From the NCBI GenBank assembly GCA_046726315.1, contig JBKPAG010000017.1:30890-94889 (forward strand): 64,000 bases of DNA, read 5' to 3'. Under the pieces are notes generated by a model that was not told the DNA's origin, did no database searches, and worked only from the letters and a program-made list of their open reading frames with translations. Within the stretch, counting starts at the first letter, position 1. The number at the start of each line of letters is the position of its first letter. The position numbers and the translations under genes are program-made. Source of the DNA: Actinomycetota bacterium (GTDB lineage: Bacteria > Actinomycetota > Actinomycetes > Jiangellales > Jiangellaceae). Positions 60,210-64,000 of the stretch are shown here, in pieces.

Positions 60210-60461
60210 ATGCGAACAGAAGGCAGACCCCGGTACGCCGTCCGCGAGCCGTCTCCAGACGACACCAGCGTGTTCGGGCTCGCAGCCGTGTGGACCGAGC
60301 TCGACGCTCCGATGCCACCGAAACGGCGGCCGTCTCACCGTGATGGGCGTCGGGGCCGCTTGCCGACGGCGGCGATGCCGGTTGGCGTCGTCGCTGGACT
60401 GGCAGCCGCGGTGTTGCTCGCCCTGGCAATGTTTGTGTTGTTGCTGAACGTCATCCGCTAG
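60210..60461 (+). CDS. Candidate 83-aa tail-anchored small membrane protein inserted between nuoH2 and nuoI2
   Basis: MRTEGRPRYAVREPSPDDTSVFGLAAVWTELDAPMPPKRRPSHRDGRRGRLPTAAMPVGVVAGLAAAVLLALAMFVLLLNVIR, with a single C-terminal TM helix. GC3 is noticeably lower than in the neighbours and no clear Shine-Dalgarno is present, so coding status is uncertain. Confidence 0.3.
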   Translation: MRTEGRPRYAVREPSPDDTSVFGLAAVWTELDAPMPPKRRPSHRDGRRGRLPTAAMPVGVVAGLAAAVLLALAMFVLLLNVIR

Positions 60462-60538
60462 GCCACGCCTCACGCCGATCGGGTGCAGCGATAGATCGCA
60501 GGCGTGGAGGCTCGAATTGACGGGCAGAAGCGACCAAG

Positions 60539-61069
60539 ATGGGTGGCATGGCTCGTCTCGGGTTGGCGACTGGGCTGGCCACGACGTTCCGGCGTCTGAC
60601 CAGGCGCGCGGTAACCGCGCAATACCCCGACGCCGCGCCGCAGCTGCCGCCCCGCAGCCGGGGCGTCATAGCGCTCACCGAAGAGAACTGCACCGTCTGC
60701 ATGCTCTGCGCCCGGGAATGCCCGGACTGGTGCATCTACATCGACTCGCACAAGGAGGAGCTACCCCCGGCCACCGAAGGCGGCCGGACCCGGACCCGGA
60801 ACGTCCTCGACCGATTCGCGATCGACTTCTCTCTCTGCATGTACTGCAGCATCTGTATCGAGGTGTGCCCATTCGACGCGCTGCACTGGTCCCCAGAGTT
60901 CGAATACGCAGAACTTGACATCCGCGATCTCGTGCACGAGCGAGACCGGCTGCGGGAATGGATGTGGACCGTCCCGCCGCCGCCAGCGCTGGACGGAAAG
61001 GCAGCTGAACCCAAGGAGGTCGAGACCGCCCGCCAGTCCGTGGCCATGGGTCCCGGGGCCGCCGGGTGA
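60539..61069 (+). CDS. nuoI2: Complex I subunit I paralog
   Basis: [12 protein letters not shown] and [12 protein letters not shown] (two 4Fe-4S motifs). The start is ATG 60539 or 60548. Confidence 0.88.
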   Translation: MGGMARLGLATGLATTFRRLTRRAVTAQYPDAAPQLPPRSRGVIALTEENCTVCMLCARECPDWCIYIDSHKEELPPATEGGRTRTRNVLDRFAIDFSLCMYCSICIEVCPFDALHWSPEFEYAELDIRDLVHERDRLREWMWTVPPPPALDGKAAEPKEVETARQSVAMGPGAAG

Positions 61070-61581
61070 ACGGTGTCGAGCTGGCGTTCGTGCTGCTGGG
61101 CGCGGTCGCCGTCGGGTCGGGCGCTCTCGTTGTCACGACCACCAGGATCGTGCATGCCGCACTCTGGCTAGCGGTGAGTCTCGGCGCGGTGGCCGGGCTG
61201 TTCCTCTTGATGACGGCCGAGCTGATGGCCTGGGTTCAGGTCCTGATCTACGTCGGAGCCGTCGTCGTGCTGGTGCTGTTCGCGCTCATGCTGACCCGCG
61301 CTCCGATCGGGCCGGCTCCGGCGGCCCCACCAGCCCGGGTCGCCCTCGCCGCCACGGTGGCAGCGGCCACCGCGGTGGTGCTGACAGGCGCGTTGCTCGC
61401 GGGGATGGGCGGAGCCGTGATCGAGTTCGAACACGTAAGCGTGGGTGACGGTCGGGCTGTCGGAACCGCGCTGTTCACAGCATGGGTGCTGCCGTTCGAG
61501 GTTCTGTCGGTACTGCTGCTTGCCGCTCTGGTCGGCGCCATCGTTCTGTCCCGAGGTCGAGGCCGCGAGGACGGGCGATGA
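61066..61581 (+). CDS. nuoJ2: Complex I subunit J paralog
   Basis: GTGA overlap with nuoI2. [20 protein letters not shown]. Confidence 0.85.
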   Translation: MNGVELAFVLLGAVAVGSGALVVTTTRIVHAALWLAVSLGAVAGLFLLMTAELMAWVQVLIYVGAVVVLVLFALMLTRAPIGPAPAAPPARVALAATVAAATAVVLTGALLAGMGGAVIEFEHVSVGDGRAVGTALFTAWVLPFEVLSVLLLAALVGAIVLSRGRGREDGR

Positions 61582-61928
61582 GGCTGGCGTTCCCACTTGC
61601 GGTGTCTGCGCTGCTGTTCTCGCTCGGTGTTTTCGGTGTCCTGGCCCGGCGTAACGCCGTACTGGTGCTCATGTCGGTCGAGTTGATGCTCAACGGCGTC
61701 AACGTCAACCTCGTTGCATTCGACGCGTGGTGGGCGGATGCCCTGCACGCGGGCCAAGTGCTGACGCTGTTCGTCATCACCATCGCTGCGGCAGAGGTCG
61801 GTGTCGGGCTGGCCATCGTGCTGCTCATCTTCCGCAACCGCGGTACATCCGACCTGGATGATCTGGGGCTGCTCGACGAGCGGACCGAGTCGGTAGACGA
61901 GGACACCGGGGTGGAGGCGGCTCGGTGA
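61578..61928 (+). CDS. nuoK2: Complex I subunit K paralog, with an acidic C-terminal extension
   Basis: ATGA overlap with nuoJ2. [16 protein letters not shown] and [13 protein letters not shown]. Confidence 0.85.
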   Translation: MRLAFPLAVSALLFSLGVFGVLARRNAVLVLMSVELMLNGVNVNLVAFDAWWADALHAGQVLTLFVITIAAAEVGVGLAIVLLIFRNRGTSDLDDLGLLDERTESVDEDTGVEAAR

Positions 61929-63790
61929 TCGTCGTGCCGGTGATCGTGTTGGTCCCGTTCGTCGCGGCCATCGTCGGCCTGGCGCTCGGAGGGAACCGAA
62001 CCGCAGCGCGGCGGGTGGCGGTGATCGGCACCGGCCTTGCGCTCGTCCTGTCCGTGTACGCTGCCGTCGCTGTTTGGGTCGGAGGACCGTCGGCCGACGT
62101 GTGGGGAACGGTCCCGACGGGCTGGATCCCGATCATCGTCGGCACCCGCGCCGACGGGCTGGGCGTCACTGTGGGCATCATGGTGACCGCCGTCGCGTTC
62201 GCCGTCCAGCTGTACTCGACGGCCTACATGCGACCGCAGCCGCGATACGGCTCGTACGCCGCACTGGTCTCGCTGTTCACCGCCGCGATGCTGCTGGTCG
62301 TCTTCGCTAACGACCTGGTCGTGCTGCTCGTCGGCTGGGAGGTCATGGGCATCTGCTCGGCGCTGCTGATCGGGCAGCACTGGGAGCTGCCGGAGGCCAG
62401 GAATGCGGCGGTCAAGGCGTTCGTGGTCACCCGACTCGGCGACGTCGGGATGCTCGCCGGGATCCTGGTCCTGGCGGATCTGGCAGGCTCGTTCCAGATC
62501 TCTACGCTGCAGCGGTCGGCGCAGGCGTCTCCGACCCTGACCATCGGGCTGGTGCTGCTGCTCTGCGGCGTTGTCGGCAAGTCGGCCCAGGTTCCGCTGC
62601 ATGTCTGGCTGCCCGACGCCATGGCTGGTCCGACGCCGGTGTCGGCGCTGATCCACGCGGCCACCATGGTGGCTGCCGGGGTGTTCCTGGTGGCCCGGCT
62701 CGAGTCGGTGTTCCTGCTGTCCCCAGTTGCGCTCGCCGTCCTGGCAGTGGTCGCGGCGGTGACCATGGCGCTCGCCGCGCTGGCGGCGCTCGCGCAGGAC
62801 GATTACAAGCGGGTTCTCGCGTGGTCCACGTCGAGCCAACTTGCGTACATGCTCGGGGCGCTGGCGGTGGGCGGATACTCCGCCGGATTGTTCCACCTGC
62901 TCAGCCATGCCGCATTCAAGGCCCTGCTGTTCCTCGGCGCCGGTGCGATCGCGCACGCGGTCGGCACCACCATGTTGTCCGGAATGGGTGGCCTGCGGCG
63001 GTCGATGCCGTTCACCTACCTGGTGAGCACGCTCGGGTTGGCTGCGCTGATGGGCCTGCCGCCGCTGGGCGGTTTCTTCTCCAAGGAGTCGGTACTGGGC
63101 GCCGCCGAGGATGCCGCGCTCGGTGGTGGGCTGGTGCCGGCGTGGGCGGCGTGGCTGGTGCTGCTGAGCGGGCTGTTCACGGTCCTGGTCACCGCTGCAT
63201 ACGTGACCAGAACCTGGCTGCTTGCATTCCGCGGCCCTGCTCGATCCGCTTCGGCCACCGCACACGATCCGCCGGAACCCATGCGTATTTCGCTGGTCAT
63301 GCTGGCGGTGCCAACGGTCTTGCTCGCCGTGCTCGCCTTCATGCCGTCCGTCGTCGCAACGATGCTCAACCCGGGCGTCGGAGTGGTGGCCGAGCCGGAA
63401 GGCACCTCGGTAAACCCGGAGACCGCCGTGCTGTCGCTCATGCTGGTGGGGATCGGAGCCCTGGCGGCGTTCGCGCAGTGGCAACGGTTGCGCGGCCGGG
63501 ATCCAGCTTTGGCCCTGGGCGCTGCACGCCCGCTCCTGCTCGACGGCTTCGGCGTCGACCGGTTCTACGACGCCGCGATTGTTCGACCCGCCACCGCGCT
63601 GTCTCGGCTGGTCGTCGCGGGAGACCGGGACGTCGTGCACGCATACGTGCGGGGAACGGGTGGAGCGGTTCGGGCCCTCGGTCGGGTCCCGCAAGCAGCC
63701 CAGGCGGGGAGGGTGCAGTTCTATGTTGCCGCCGGGCTGGCGTTCGTCGTCGTCCTCGCGCTCGCGGGAGCTGGGGCGGCGTTGTGGTGA
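61925..63790 (+). CDS. nuoL2: Complex I subunit L paralog
   Basis: GTGA overlap with nuoK2. [19 protein letters not shown] and [38 protein letters not shown]. Confidence 0.88.
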   Translation: MIVVPVIVLVPFVAAIVGLALGGNRTAARRVAVIGTGLALVLSVYAAVAVWVGGPSADVWGTVPTGWIPIIVGTRADGLGVTVGIMVTAVAFAVQLYSTAYMRPQPRYGSYAALVSLFTAAMLLVVFANDLVVLLVGWEVMGICSALLIGQHWELPEARNAAVKAFVVTRLGDVGMLAGILVLADLAGSFQISTLQRSAQASPTLTIGLVLLLCGVVGKSAQVPLHVWLPDAMAGPTPVSALIHAATMVAAGVFLVARLESVFLLSPVALAVLAVVAAVTMALAALAALAQDDYKRVLAWSTSSQLAYMLGALAVGGYSAGLFHLLSHAAFKALLFLGAGAIAHAVGTTMLSGMGGLRRSMPFTYLVSTLGLAALMGLPPLGGFFSKESVLGAAEDAALGGGLVPAWAAWLVLLSGLFTVLVTAAYVTRTWLLAFRGPARSASATAHDPPEPMRISLVMLAVPTVLLAVLAFMPSVVATMLNPGVGVVAEPEGTSVNPETAVLSLMLVGIGALAAFAQWQRLRGRDPALALGAARPLLLDGFGVDRFYDAAIVRPATALSRLVVAGDRDVVHAYVRGTGGAVRALGRVPQAAQAGRVQFYVAAGLAFVVVLALAGAGAALW

Positions 63791-64000
63791 CCGGTCAGCT
63801 ACTCCTTCACGTGGCGCTCGGGGTGCCACTCGTGGCGTGTCTGGGCCTTGCGTTGTTGCCGCGGCGGGCCGGCGACCGGTTGGCCCCAGGCGTCGGGCTG
63901 TTCGCGTCGGGCACGGCCCTTGTTGCGCTGCTGACAGCGGCCGTTCTGGTCGGTCGCGACGAGGGCGGGCAGTTCCATCTGGTCACCGACACGTCGTGGG
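63787..64000 (+). CDS. nuoM2: Complex I subunit M paralog, 5' part (runs off the right edge)
   Basis: GTGA overlap with nuoL2. The open frame [27 protein letters not shown]...GQFHLVTDTSW runs to the window end and looks like a NuoM N-terminus. It is absent from the ORF track because no stop falls in the window. Confidence 0.7.
   Translation, partial: MTGQLLLHVALGVPLVACLGLALLPRRAGDRLAPGVGLFASGTALVALLTAAVLVGRDEGGQFHLVTDTSW

Overview
High-GC actinobacterial chromosomal segment (roughly 70% GC by eye, not computed). It is almost fully coding, and its gene order matches the conserved actinomycete menaquinone and respiration neighbourhood. Left to right: (1) a partial exported protein, a 791-aa polytopic membrane protein with alpha/beta-hydrolase motifs, and a small membrane protein. 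(2) A ~1.2 kb patch of decayed genes, including an SDR with four alternating frameshifts. (3) A tightly packed minus-strand operon fadD-phaC-acyl-CoA dehydrogenase-phaZ, with an adenylate kinase paralog and a MaoC hydratase next to it. (4) hemL, a histidine phosphatase, resA/tlpA, ccdA, resB and ccsB (system II cytochrome c maturation). (5) Small membrane proteins (PLDc_N, DUF4229) and a PLP-dependent dehydratase. (6) A DUF574 methyltransferase, XRE(DUF5753) and DUF397 module lying inside the men region. (7) menA, menE, an ATP-dependent DNA ligase, menB, a lipoprotein, menC, menD, menF, a 1043-aa secreted M14 peptidase followed by a truncated copy of its own C-terminus, menG and a menJ-like reductase. 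(8) A complete 14-gene nuoA-N operon. (9) A polyprenyl diphosphate synthase. (10) korBA (2-oxoglutarate:ferredoxin oxidoreductase). (11) Divergent from korA, a second truncated nuo locus (A2-B2-C2-H2-[small ORF]-I2-J2-K2-L2-M2...) with no D, E, F or G genes inside the window. I found no rRNA, tRNA, CRISPR array, transposase or integrase. Many start codons were moved downstream of the ORF-track starts, which report the longest ORF. The moves are based on 4-nt stop/start overlaps, Shine-Dalgarno motifs and conserved N-termini. All family assignments come from motif and sequence recognition by eye, with no database search. The items most worth follow-up are the D/E/F/G-less nuo2 locus beside korAB with its inserted small ORF, the split-hydrolase membrane protein, the self-contained PHA module, the XRE/DUF397 module with twin perfect palindromes, and the two perfect inverted repeats between menG and menJ.
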